Below, in pieces: positions 28,200-39,589 of a stretch of DNA of 64,000 nt. The first letter of the stretch is position 1, and the number at the start of each line of letters is the position of its first letter. The notes below the pieces were generated by a model that saw nothing but the letters and a program-made list of their open reading frames with translations, did not search any database and had not been told where the DNA came from. The position numbers and the translations under genes are program-made. This DNA comes from Felis catus (lineage: Eukaryota): assembly GCF_018350175.1 (NCBI RefSeq), contig NC_058368.1:141982001-142046000 (forward strand). Direction: 5' to 3'.

Positions 28200-29592
28200 G
28201 GCACAAAAACAGACACTCAGATCAATGGAACAAAACAGAGAACCCAGAAATGGACCCACAAATGTATGGCCAACTAATCTTTGACAAAGCAGGAAAGAAT
28301 ATCCAATGGAATAAAGACAGCCTCTTCAGCAAGTGGTGCTGGGAAAACTGGACACTGACACACAGAAGAATGAACCTGGACCACTCTCTTACACCATACA
28401 CAAAAATAAACTCAAAATGGATGAAAGACCTAAATGTAACACAGGAAGCCATCAAAATCCTTGAGGAGAAAGCAGGCAAAAACCTCTTTGATCTTGCCAC
28501 AGCAACTTCTTATTCAACACATCTCCAGAGGCAAGGGAAACAAAAGTAAAAATGAACTATTGGGACCTCATCAAAATAAAAAGCTTCTGCACAGTGAAGG
28601 AAACAATCAGCAAAACTAAAAGGCAACCAACAGAATGGGAGAATATTTGCAAACTAACTATCAGATACAGAATTAGAATCCAAAATCTGTAAAGAACTTA
28701 TCGAACTCAACACCCAAAAAACAAATAATCCAGTGAAGAAATGGGCAAAAGACATGAATAGACACTTCTCCAAAGAAGACATCCAGATGGCCAACTGAAA
28801 CATGAAAAAATGCTCAACACCATTCATCATCAGGGAAATACGAATCAAAACCACAATGAGATATACCACCTTACACCTGTCAGAATGGCTAACATTAACA
28901 ATTCAGGCAACAACAGATGTTGGCAAGGATGCGGAGAAAGAGGATCTCTTTCGCATTGTTGGTAGCAATGCAAGCTGATGCAGCCACTCTGGAAAACACT
29001 ACGGAGGTTACTCAAAAAACTAAAAATAGAACTCCCCTACGACCCAGCAATTGCACTACTAGGCATGTATCCAAGGAATACAGGTGTGCTGTTTCGAAGG
29101 GACACATACACCCCCATGTTTATAGCAGCGCTATCAACCATAGCCAAAGTATGGAAAGAGCCCAAATGTCCATTGATGGATAAATGGACAAAGAAGATGT
29201 GGTATATATATATAATGGAGTATTACTCAGCAATCAAAAAGAATGAAATCTTGCCATTTGCAACTACACAGATGGAACTGGAGGATATTAGGCTAAGCGA
29301 AATTAGAGAAAGACAAATATCATATGACTTCACTCATATGAGGACTTTAAGACACAGAGCAGATGAACATAAGGGAAGGGAAGCAAAAATAATATAAAAA
29401 CAGGGAGGAGGACAAAACATAAGAGACAAATATGGAGAACAGAGGGTTACTGGAGGGGTTGTGGGAGGGGGGATGGGCTAAATGGCTAAGGGGCATTAAG
29501 GAATCTACTCCTGAAATCATTGTTGCGCTATATGATAACTAATTTGGATGTAAATTAAAAAATAAAATTAAACATACATACATACATAAATC
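28200..29592 (+). mobile_element. 5'-truncated young feline L1 (~1.4 kb, disrupted ORF2 3' part)
   Basis: ORF2 peptides ([21 protein letters not shown]...IELPYDPAI...[16 protein letters not shown]). TSD TAAGACTTTACCTGTTTTCT (28180-28199 / 29593-29612). Confidence 0.95.
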
Positions 29593-30705
29593 TAAGACTT
29601 TACCTGTTTTCTCAGTCTGTTATCATAATAATGGCAAGATGTACCATTATTCCCACTTGATATACGAGGAAACAGGGCACAAAGGAGTTAAGAAACTTGC
29701 CCAACATCTTACAGTTCGTCAGTGGTAGAACTAAGACCAGAAGTCCAAACAAAACCTGGAATCCACAGTTCACCATAGCCATTGGGCAGAGACAAAACAA
29801 GTGTACTATACTAGGAAAAATACCAGCCAGCAAAATAAGAAGACTGGTTCTGGTCCTAGACTGATCATGTATATCATGGAGACAGATAACTTCACATCAG
29901 TGGGCCTCATTTACTCATTCATCAAACGAAGTATTCCCCCTTTGGCCATGTCCTTTGGCCACAGTGTACAATGGCTCCCTTATAGGCTAGATGTAGGTTT
30001 GTCATATGTGGCCTTTATTATGTTGAGGTATGTTCCTTCTACAACCAGTATGTTAAAGGTTTTTATGAGCTTTTTATCTTTCACCTTATTGCTGTGATAT
30101 ATCAATTGCTTTGCATGTATGAAACCAGTTTTGCATCCTAGGGATAAATCCCATTTGGTCATGACGTATAATCCTTTTGATGTGTTCTTGGAGCGCCTGG
30201 GTGGCTCAGTCAGTTGAGTGTCTGACTTCGGCTCAGGTCATGATCTTGTATTTCTTGAGTTTGAGCCCCGCATCGGTCTCTGTGCTGATGGCTCAGAACC
30301 TGGAGCCTGCTTCAGATTAAGTGTCTCCCTCTCTCTCTCTGCCCCTCCCCCATTCACACTGTCTCTCAAAAATAAACATTAAAAAAATTTTTTAAAATGT
30401 GTTCTTGAATTCAAGGTGCTAATATTTTGTTGTAATTTTTCATCTATATTTATCATGGATATTAATCGATAGCTTTCTTTTCTTGTAGAATCCTTACTTG
30501 CTGTTTCTTAACCTTTTTTCATATCTTTTCAAAGAATCAGCTCTTGGTTTTACTGATCCTTTCTATTATTTTTCTGGTCTCTATTTCACTTATTTCTGCT
30601 GTGATCCTTCTTATTTTCTTTCTTCCGTGAGCTTTGGGGTTTATTTTGTTCTTTTTCTAGTTCTTTGAGATGTAAAGTAGGTTGTTTTTTGAGATCTGCT
30701 TTCTT

Positions 30706-31378
30706 TCTTTTTTCTTTTTTTTTAGGTTTTAACCACTTTTGGAAGTTTTATCTTCTTTTTTTTCCTTTATTCTTTTTAATTTTATTTTTTAAAATTTACA
30801 TCCAAATTAGTTAGCATATAGTGCAACAATGATTTCAGGAGTAGATTCCTTAGTGCCCCTTACCCATTTAGGCCATCCCCCTCCCATAAGCCCTCCCGAA
30901 ACCCTCAGTTTGTTCTCCATAGTTATGTCTCTTCTGTTTTGTCCCCCTCCCTGTTTTTATATTATTTTTGTTTCCCTTCCCTTACGTTCATCTGTTTTGT
31001 TTCAAAGTCCTCATATGAGTGAAGTCATATGATTTTTGTCTTTCTCTGACTAATTTCACTTAGCATAATACCCTCCAGTTCCATCCATGTAGTTGCAAAT
31101 GGCAAGATTTCATTCTTTTTTTTTTTTTAATTTTTTTTTCAACATTTATTTATTTTTGGGACAGAGAGAGACAGAGCATGAACGGGGGAGGGGCAGAGAG
31201 AGAGGGAGACACAGAATCGGAAACAGGCTCCAGGCTCTGAGCCATCAGCCCAGAGCCTGACGCGGGGCTTGAACTCACGGACCGCGAGATCGTGACCTGG
31301 CTGAAGTCGGACGCTTAACCGACTGCGCCACCCAGGCGCCCCAAGATTTCATTCTTTTTGATTACCGAGTAATACTCC

Positions 31379-31429
<51 letters not shown>

Positions 31430-31678
31430 CACATCTTCTTTATCCATCCATCCATCCATCCATCGATGGACATTTGGGCTCCTTCCATACTTTGGCTATT
31501 GTTGATAGTGCTGCTATAAACATGGGGGTGCATGTGTCCCTTTGAAACAGCACATCTGTATCCTGTGGATAAATGCCTAGTAGTGCAGTTGCTGGGTTGT
31601 AGGGTAGTTCTATTTTTAGTTTTTTTGGGGGAACCTCCACAGTGTTTTCCAGAGTGGCTGCACCAGCTTGCATTCCCA
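30706..31678 (-). mobile_element. 5'-truncated young feline L1, interrupted by a SINE
   Basis: ORF2 C-terminal peptide (ORF 31440..31673). TSD GAGATCTG(C/A)TTTCTT (30691-30705 / 31679-31693). Confidence 0.9.
31121..31342 (-). mobile_element. Young Can-SINE (SINEC_Fc) inside an L1
   Basis: TSD AAGATTTCATTCTTTTT (31104-31120 / 31343-31359). Confidence 0.95.
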
Positions 31679-34360
31679 GAGATCTGATTTCTTAATATGT
31701 GTGTTCATTGGTATAATCTTTCCTCTACAATTGCTATAAAGTTTCAAACCACTTTTGCTGCATACCATATTTGATACATTGTATTTTCATTTTTACTTGT
31801 TTCAAGATAATTTTTTCCTTCTGATTTCCTCTTTGACTCAATGGTTGTTTCAAAGTGTGCTGTTTAGTTTCCATATATTTGTAGATCTTTTCACCTTCCT
31901 CTTATTTTTTATTTCTAGCTTCATACCACTGTGGTCAGAAAAGACAGCTGCTATGATTTTAAGCTTCTTAAATTTGCAAATATCAAAGCTACTCTCTTAA
32001 CCCCTACACCTCTCATACACAATCTATGAGAAGTCCTGGCTTTGATAACTGGAATCAATATTAAGAGTAGATACAAAGACAAAGGCACTCTCTGGTGAGA
32101 AATGTGGTGGGAGCTCAGATGCTAACACATTTCTGTGAGTCTTACTCTTAGCTTTAAAATAATTATATAACTGCCTTGCAAGCTTTACTAATACCTTGAG
32201 GGGAAAGAAAATTTCACCACCAGAGATATTAAAAATTGGTCCTGATAGGCTCCAAAACTTGCCTTGAACCACACAAATATGACCCCTCTTAAGAACATCA
32301 GAGTACGTATCACCCCAACTTCAAAGAAAAAAATAATACATTTCCCCCAAACTACAACTCCGTTAGTTACAGAACATTAGTTTTTAACTTTAACCAACAA
32401 TGAAGGGACACAATGGAGGAGAGTTTGAAGAAAAACCAGACAGAAGCCATGGACAATGTTTCAAAAGGGAAGAAGCAGTATATGAAGTCAAATGTTAACA
32501 AAAGATCATGAAAGACACATGAACAGCAAATTATCCACTGGGTTTAATAAGAAAACAGTGAGTGACCCTGGCAAAGGCAGTATTAGTGGACTAGTGGGGA
32601 GGCAAAATCAGACTGTGACACACTGAGGAGTGAGTTTTAGATCAGGAAATAAAATTCTTTTCAAGTAATTCTTCAAAAAAACCTTCAGTTTTAAAGGTAG
32701 AAGGGAATGAAATAAGACCTAATAATAATGACAGCAGACACTTATGTAGTACCTATGTGCCAGAAACATCCTTAAGAGCTTTACATATATTAACTAATAT
32801 AATATTTATAAAATATGAGAGGTTGTCTTTTTTTTTCCACTATCATTTCACAGATGGTTAAAGTATAGAAGTTTTAATGGAAAAACACAGAGATGGTAAG
32901 TGGTGGAGCCAAGATTAATATTTGGTTTTAATTCTTTAAGTACAATTTTATGATTTATAGAAAACTTGGAAGAAAAATGAACGAGGTTTTGAGTACTCTT
33001 CACACAGATTCCCCAAATGTTATCAGCTTACTATATATTTGCTTTACTTTTCCATACATACACAGATATTTTGTTTTCTAAATTGATAACAAGTTGTAGA
33101 CTTGCCCTTAAACACCAAAATACTTCGGTGCAAACTTCATAATAAAAGGAATGCTCTTACATTACTACAGTAAAATGATTTAAAAATTAGTAATTTAAAA
33201 AGTGAACCAATACTCTTATCTAATCTACAGATCTTATTGAAATTTTTCCATTTTTCCCTACCAAGTCCCTTATAGCAAAAGAAAATTAAAAATATGTGTA
33301 GCATTAAGTTGTCATATCCTCTTAATCTCTTTTAATGTGAAAAAGGTCCTTTTTCTTTATATTTCATGATACTGGCATTTTTAATGAGTGCAAGCCAGTT
33401 ATTTTGTAGTATACCTTCATCTGAGTTTGTCTCATGTTTCCTCTTGATTGTATCCAAGTTATTCATTTTTGGCAGAAATGCAACAGACCTGAAGCTGAGT
33501 TCTATTCAGTAGGTCATATCAGAAGGTATTTGATCCCATTGCTGGCAATGTTAACTATGTTCATTTGGTTCATGCAGCACCTGTCAGGTTTCTTCATTGT
33601 GAAAGTCAAAAGTCATTAACTTATGCTTCATAATGAAGTATCTTATGAAGGTATACTTTGAGACTGTACAGATATCCTCTTACTACTCAAACTTTCACCC
33701 CCTAGTTTTTAGCATTGCTTGATGATTCCTACCTGAATCAATTATTCTTGTGATAGCTTGCAAATGGTGATATTCCAATTCCATCATGCCTTTCATATTT
33801 ATTAGTTGTTTTGCATTGTAAGAAAGAGCTTCCCTTTCTCTCATTCATTCATTCATTCATTCATTCCAGTGTGGACTCAAGAGAGTCTTACCCTATTCAA
33901 TAGGCCATAATTCTTTTACTGTAGTTTATTTTGTTGTTCAAATTGACCAGTGAGAACCCCTTCCAGCTGGCTCTTTGTCTTTTTGACATATCTCTATCAT
34001 TCTGTGAGCATTTCCTTGCTTTTTAAAGCCCAACAATATGTTCCAAGATCATCTTGCTCTTCCCTTGCCCTAGTTCTGAAACCAGTCATTTCTCTAAGCA
34101 GCCCTGGTTTCCTTTGAGTGGTGAATGGAATTTAAAAACCAAGGTCTACCATAAAAAAGGAATGCAGTACTACATTCTAGAACATGCACAAACCTTGAAA
34201 ATATGCTAAGTTAAAGAAGCTAGACACAAAAGGCCACTTGATATATGATTCCATTTATATGAAATATCCAGAATAAGCAAATCCATAGAGACAAAGTAGA
34301 TTACTTTGTCAAGAGCTGGAGTAAAGGGAGAATCAGGAGTTTGAGCCATGGGAATCTTTT

Positions 34361-34740
34361 TTTATTACTATTTTTTTTATTTTTTAAAATTTACATCCAA
34401 ATTAGTTAGCATATAGTGCAACAGTGATTTCAGGAGTAGATTCCTTAATGCCCCTTGGCCATAATTTAGCCCATCCCCCCTCCCACAACCCCTCCAGCAA
34501 CTCTCAGTTTGTTTTCCATATTTATGAGTCTCTTCTGTTTTGTCCCCCTCCCTGTTTTTATATTATTTTTGTTCCCCTTCCCTTATGTTCATCTGTTTTG
34601 TTTCAAAGTCCTCATATGAGTGAAGTCATATGATTTTTGTCTTTCTCTGACTAATTTCACTTAGCATAATACCCTCCAGTTCCATCCATGTAGTTGCAAA
34701 TGGCAAGATTTCATTCTTTTTGATTACCAAGTAATACTCC

Positions 34741-34774
<34 letters not shown>

Positions 34775-34832
34775 CATATATATATATATATGTATATATA
34801 TATGTATATACATATATATGTATATATATATG

Positions 34833-34867
<35 letters not shown>

Positions 34868-34868
34868 G

Positions 34869-34902
<34 letters not shown>

Positions 34903-35267
34903 ATCTTCTTTATCCATCCATCCATCAATGGACATTTGGGCTCTTTCCATACTTTGGCTATTGTTGATAGTGCTGCTATAAACATGGGGGTGGCATGTGT
35001 CCCTTCGAAACAGCACATCTGTATCCCGTGGATTAATGCCTAATAGTGCAGTTGCTGGGTTGTAGGGTAGTTCTATTTTTAGTTTTTTGAGGAACCTCCA
35101 TACTGTTTTCCAGAGTGGCTGCACCAGCTTGCATTCCCACCAACAATACAAAAGAGATCCTCTTTCTCTGCATCCTCACCAACATCTGTTGTTGCCTGAG
35201 TTGTTAATGTTAGCCATTCTGACAGGTGTAATAAGGTGGTATCTCACTGTGGTTTTGATTTGTATTT
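34361..35267 (-). mobile_element. 5'-truncated young feline L1 with an expanded compound microsatellite
   Basis: [28 protein letters not shown] motif. TSD CCATGGGA(A/T)TCTTTT (34346-34360 / 35268-35282). Confidence 0.93.
34743..34900. repeat. Compound (TG)14-(TA/TG)n-(CA)14 microsatellite
   Basis: Read directly from the sequence. Confidence 0.97.
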
Positions 35268-35844
35268 CCATGGGATTCTTTTATTAGAATGACGAAAACA
35301 CACTGGAATTACACAGGAGTGATGACTGCACCATCTTATGAATATACCAAAACCCACTAAATTATATAAGAGTGAATTTTATGATATAAAATTGTATCTC
35401 AATTCAAAAAACAAAACAAGATCTGGGCACTAGCTGTGCTCATTTGTATTCGAGTATTATGCATGTAGGCCCTCTCAAAGGACGACTTAAGAAATAGATG
35501 TTTGTATACCCAATATATGCATTCATATCTATACATATAAACGTGTGTAGACACATACACACATGCATTTAAACACTCACATACATCTAGAATATAAAAA
35601 CCTATCAAGTTCACACTGCTATCTCCAATTCCAATCTAACACTACAGCATTTATTGCATCCTTCCCCTTTTTCAGATTTGTAATTCCCATCCACAACAGT
35701 GTCAAATCTTAGAAGCAGGATGTGAATCCAGATAGTTAAGGTTTCTTAGCCACTATACATTAAGATGTCCATTTATTTTAACACTATAATTTACTGACAA
35801 ATATCTAGTTAAAATTCAGGAAAGATCTCTTAACTGGTACTCAC

Positions 35845-35954
35845 AGTGATACTGTCCAAGAGTTTAGCCATATGTTTAATAATTTCACCATGTTGTGCAG
35901 GTTGCATTTGCAGTAATTTCTTAATAACAACCACACTTTCAGCAACAACTATTT
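35845..35954 (-). CDS. AP3B1: AP3B1 exon (~14), 110 nt: (E)[36 protein letters not shown]
   Basis: Translation match, acceptor ttttcAG, donor GTgagt. Confidence 0.95.
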
Positions 35955-36529
35955 CTGAAAAAGACAGAGATCATTCATATTACATACGTGTAATGCAATT
36001 CAAATGCAATATTCTTGGTCAAATGTAAATTAAATTAACAAAATATTATACGTGTCTTAATGACGAGGTGAAAACTATAACCAGGAATAAATTTCCAAAT
36101 TTTGGGGGTTCACACTGTTTTAAGCAGAAGAGTACACTTAAATTTCTAATCTCTGCTGTTGCCTCCTAGCTTCTGATACCCCTTTTCAATACCTGCCTCT
36201 TTGAGTCAAAAAAGGAAAGTGAGGTTCAATTTTGCTACACACCATAATGTTCAAGTGTCTGGTTTTTAACTATAGCTTTCAAATACTTGATTTCTACCAC
36301 AGTGTGGTAATTAAGTAGTTATACAGTTCTTTGATTCCTATCAATTATAAAGTGGTAATCAAACACCTACAATCTAAGTTACTTTTTTCCAATTCTAAAG
36401 AAAACAGCAAACTAAAAACAAAAATTCCTTAAGTGGTCTGTCCAAACAAGTGAGTAGTAAGGATCATCAGTAGTAAGAAAGGTGTTACTATAGAAATAAC
36501 AGACTTCAAAGCCAGAAAGAGTAGGTTTG

Positions 36530-37150
36530 TGCACTGGAATGTCTCCATTTGTTGCATGAATCCACTGTCTGCCTTTCGTGACCTACTCTGTGCCCACAGA
36601 GGTTGACCTCTGTGGACTGCATCAACCAGACTCCCTTACCCCTGGCTTCCAGGCGTGTTTAGCTAATAGGAAGCACCAGCAGGAGATCAAGGGCAGAAGG
36701 AGAGCGTATTTGCTATCCTCGCTCTCTCTACTGCAAGGCCTCCCTTGGCAGTGCATGCATTCCTCTTCGGAGAGTTTCAGTTCCTGGGAGTGGCTCTCTC
36801 CTGCTGAGTCTGGTCCCACTCCTCACACCCCTTCCCTTCAATTCTAGATCTGATAAAGGGGCTTCCCACCGTTGCTAGCCTGTTAGCTCCAGCGTGTTAC
36901 GTCATACCTTCTTGGTTTCCCTTAATCCTGCCCACACCTTATAGGTAGTTCCTTCATTAAATTCTCTTCAATCGTTCCTTTTAAGTGTGCCATCTGTTTC
37001 TTGCCAGGGCCTTACTAATATAATAATTGGCAGTGGGAGTGGCTCCAAGGAAGCAGATCCTCAAACGGATTCTGAGACTCAGTTATCAAACTTAAGTGGC
37101 TAATCACTGGTCCAGAGTTGTATTTATGGTGGCACCGGCAGAGAATTGTT
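36530..37150 (+). mobile_element. ERVL-class LTR (LTR33-like) followed by the start of the internal sequence
   Basis: 3' end ...ccttcattaaattctcttcaat...gtgtgccatctgtttcttgccagggccttactaata(ca), then aattggcagtgggagtgg, which resembles an ERVL internal start. Confidence 0.6.
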
Positions 37151-37702
37151 GTTGAACTAGCCAGAGCACCTGAACTTATGGAATGAATGTTGCATAAACA
37201 ATTATTAACGCTACTGATGCCAAAAAAATAAGTCAACAATGCCTTCACTTATTACTTTGACATTTTTTATTAATAGGGCTTCATGGATATTAGAGCTTCC
37301 CTTGGCATACACTACAAAGATTTATTTCAATATCATACTGAAAATACCAAGATTTGTGTTTATTCTTTTCTCTGAAATATATTTTCTTATCTAGCTCCCT
37401 TTAAGAATGTAAGTGAAATTTTTATCATTCTAATCATTATTAAATATACATATTTCAAACTATAAATACCTATTTCTCCAGTGGAATGATAAATCAGTGT
37501 TTATACAATGCTTCAGTTTACAAAATGATGTATTTCTTTCTCTACTCACGGTAACACATGGTAGGTATCTTATTATCATTATTTTAAAGATGAAGAGAGA
37601 AATGGACTAGAATTATATGACTTTGTCCAGAATTCAAACTCAGAACGCGAATGTACAATTTTACCCCAAAATTCTAAGTTACTACATACAGCTATTACTT
37701 TT

Positions 37703-37920
37703 TTTTTTTTCTCAACGTTTTTTAAATTTATTTTTGGGACAGAGAGAGACAGAGCATGAATGGGGGAGGGGCAGAGAGAGAGGGAGACACAGAATTGGAA
37801 ACAGGCTCCAGGCTCTGAGCCATCAGCCCAGAGCCTGACGCGGGGCTCGAACTCACGGACCGCGAGATCGTGACCTGGCTGAAGTCGGACGCTTAACCGA
37901 CTGCGCCACCCAGGCGCCCC
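37703..37920 (-). mobile_element. Young Can-SINE (SINEC_Fc)
   Basis: TSD CAGCTATTACTTTT (37689-37702 / 37921-37934). Confidence 0.95.
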
Positions 37921-38141
37921 CAGCTATTACTTTTATAAAGACCACTGCTTTGAGCTTTGATACAAACAAAGATTAAGATCCTGCTCTTCTCAAACTTACA
38001 TTCTAAGTAAGAAAATTTAAATGGTTATATAAGTAATTACGATGCAAAGTAAAATATAAGTAAATGTGGTTTTAAGAATCTACAGTATAAAATTTTATAT
38101 TTTTAAAATATAGCAAAACTAGATTAAGAAAAAATATTGTA

Positions 38142-38348
38142 GGGGCGCCTGGGTGGTTTGGTCGGTTGAGCGACCGACTTCGGCTCAGGTCATGATCTCA
38201 CACTCCGTGAGTTCGAGCCCCGCGTCGGGCTCTGTGCTGACAGCTCAGAGCCTGGAGCCTGTTTCGGATTCTGTGTCTCCCTCTCTCTCTGCCCCTCCCC
38301 TGTTCATGCTCTGTCTCTCTCTGTGTCAAAAATAAATAAACGTTAAAA
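38142..38348 (+). mobile_element. Can-SINE
   Basis: GGGGCGCCTGGGTGG head, TSD AAAAAATATTGTA. Confidence 0.95.
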
Positions 38349-38438
38349 AAAAAATATTGTATAACTTTAATTATCCACATGCAGAGGCAGGATTGGCCAC
38401 AGTTGAAATATATATTTGGCATCATTTATCTTTCATGC

Positions 38439-38859
38439 TGTATTACTTTCCTATTACCACAAACTTAAAGGCTTAAAACAATACACATTTAGCATCTTAC
38501 AGTTCCGGAGTCAGGAGTTAACAGTTTAGCCCTTATGGGGCTAAAAGCAAGGTGTCAACAGGACCATCTCTATGTGGGTTCTAGGAGAAAATCCATTTTT
38601 TGCCTTTTTCCAACCTCCACAGACTGTATGCATTCCTTGGCTCAAGGCCCCATTCCAGCAATGGCATCACTTACAATCTCTGCTTCTGATATCTGACTTT
38701 GTTGACCTTCCTCCTTCCCTTAAGAGGACCCTTTTGACCTCCATCTCAAGAATCTTAATCTCGGCAAAGTCCCTTCTGCCAGGTAAGGTAAGGATATTCA
38801 CAGGTTCTGGGCATAAGGACCCGGACATCTGTGTGGGAGGCATGATTCTGCCTACCCCA
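38439..38859 (-). mobile_element. MaLR solo LTR (MLT1 family)
   Basis: tgtatta.tttcct..taccacaaactt..ggcttaaaacaa and gattctgcctacc.ca termini. Confidence 0.75.
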
Positions 38860-39092
38860 TGTGCCTTCTTATCCCTTCCTGTAATCACACCATACTTTTC
38901 CTTGATACTATCTCCTGTTTTTCAAAGATTCCAGGACTGTGGTGCTGCTCTATCCAAAGCACAAAATGATCCTGTGTTCTCACCTTTCCAAGCTTCTTCC
39001 TTGTCCTTAACAAAACTTAATGGCCCTTACTCTAGAAGTACAACCTACTATTTTTTAATTTTATTTTATTTTGATAAGAATAGTGAACATGA

Positions 39093-39329
39093 GGGGCGCC
39101 TGGGTGGCGCGGTCGGTTAAGTGTCCGACTTCAGCCAGGTCACGATCTCGCGGTCCGTGAGTTCGAGCCCCGCGTCAGGCTCTGGGCTGATGGCTCGGAG
39201 CCTGGAGCCTGGTTCCGATTCTGTGTCTCCCTCTCTCTCTGCCCCTCCCCCATTCATGCTCTGTCTCTCTCTGTCCCAAAAATAAAATAAACATTGAAAA
39301 AAAAAATTTAAAAAAAAAATAAAAAAAAA
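39093..39329 (+). mobile_element. Young Can-SINE (SINEC_Fc)
   Basis: TSD AAGAATAGTGAACATGA (39076-39092 / 39330-39346), long A tail. Confidence 0.95.
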
Positions 39330-39366
39330 AAGAATAGTGAACATGAGATCTACCCTTGTACCAAAC

Positions 39367-39589
39367 TTTATTTATTTATTTTTTGACGTTTAATTATTTT
39401 TGAGAGACAGAGAGAGACAGAGCATTAGCAGGGGAGGGGCAGAACAAGAGGGAGACACAGAATCTGAAGCAGGCTCCAGGCTCTGAGCGGTCAGCACAGA
39501 GCAAGACACGGGGCTCGAACCCACGGACTGTGAGATCATGACCTGAGCCAAAGTCAGAGGCTTAACCGATTGAGCCACCCAGGTGCCCC
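39367..39589 (-). mobile_element. Can-SINE
   Basis: Reverse-complement SINE body with a degenerate TSD around taccaaac.tta. Confidence 0.93.

Larger units (their letters stand above)
29980..31980 (-). mobile_element. Older degraded L1 ORF2 fragment hosting younger insertions
   Basis: Antisense L1 ORF2-like sequence (gggataaatcccatttggtcatga; cataccactgtggtcagaaaaga). Boundaries approximate. Confidence 0.7.
32930..35700 (-). mobile_element. Ancient L1MC-like 3' region, interrupted by an L1MB-like 3' end on the + strand (~34150-35405), which is in turn interrupted by the young L1
   Basis: L1MB-type 3' motifs (aaccttgaaa..atgctaag..aaagaagc.agacacaaaaggccac..tatgattccatttatatgaaatatccagaata) resume after 35283. 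Family names by eye. Confidence 0.6.

Noticed and set aside
28200..29592. Possible active L1 reverse transcriptase gene
   Set aside because: It is 5'-truncated and frameshifted and lacks the endonuclease and RT core.
34626..35151. Cluster of overlapping ORFs with [12 protein letters not shown] runs
   Set aside because: These are translations of a stop-free dinucleotide microsatellite inside an L1.
38572..39120. Longest ORF in the track (182 aa, + strand)
   Set aside because: It runs through an MLT1 LTR into a SINE head, has no recognisable domain and looks like a chance ORF.
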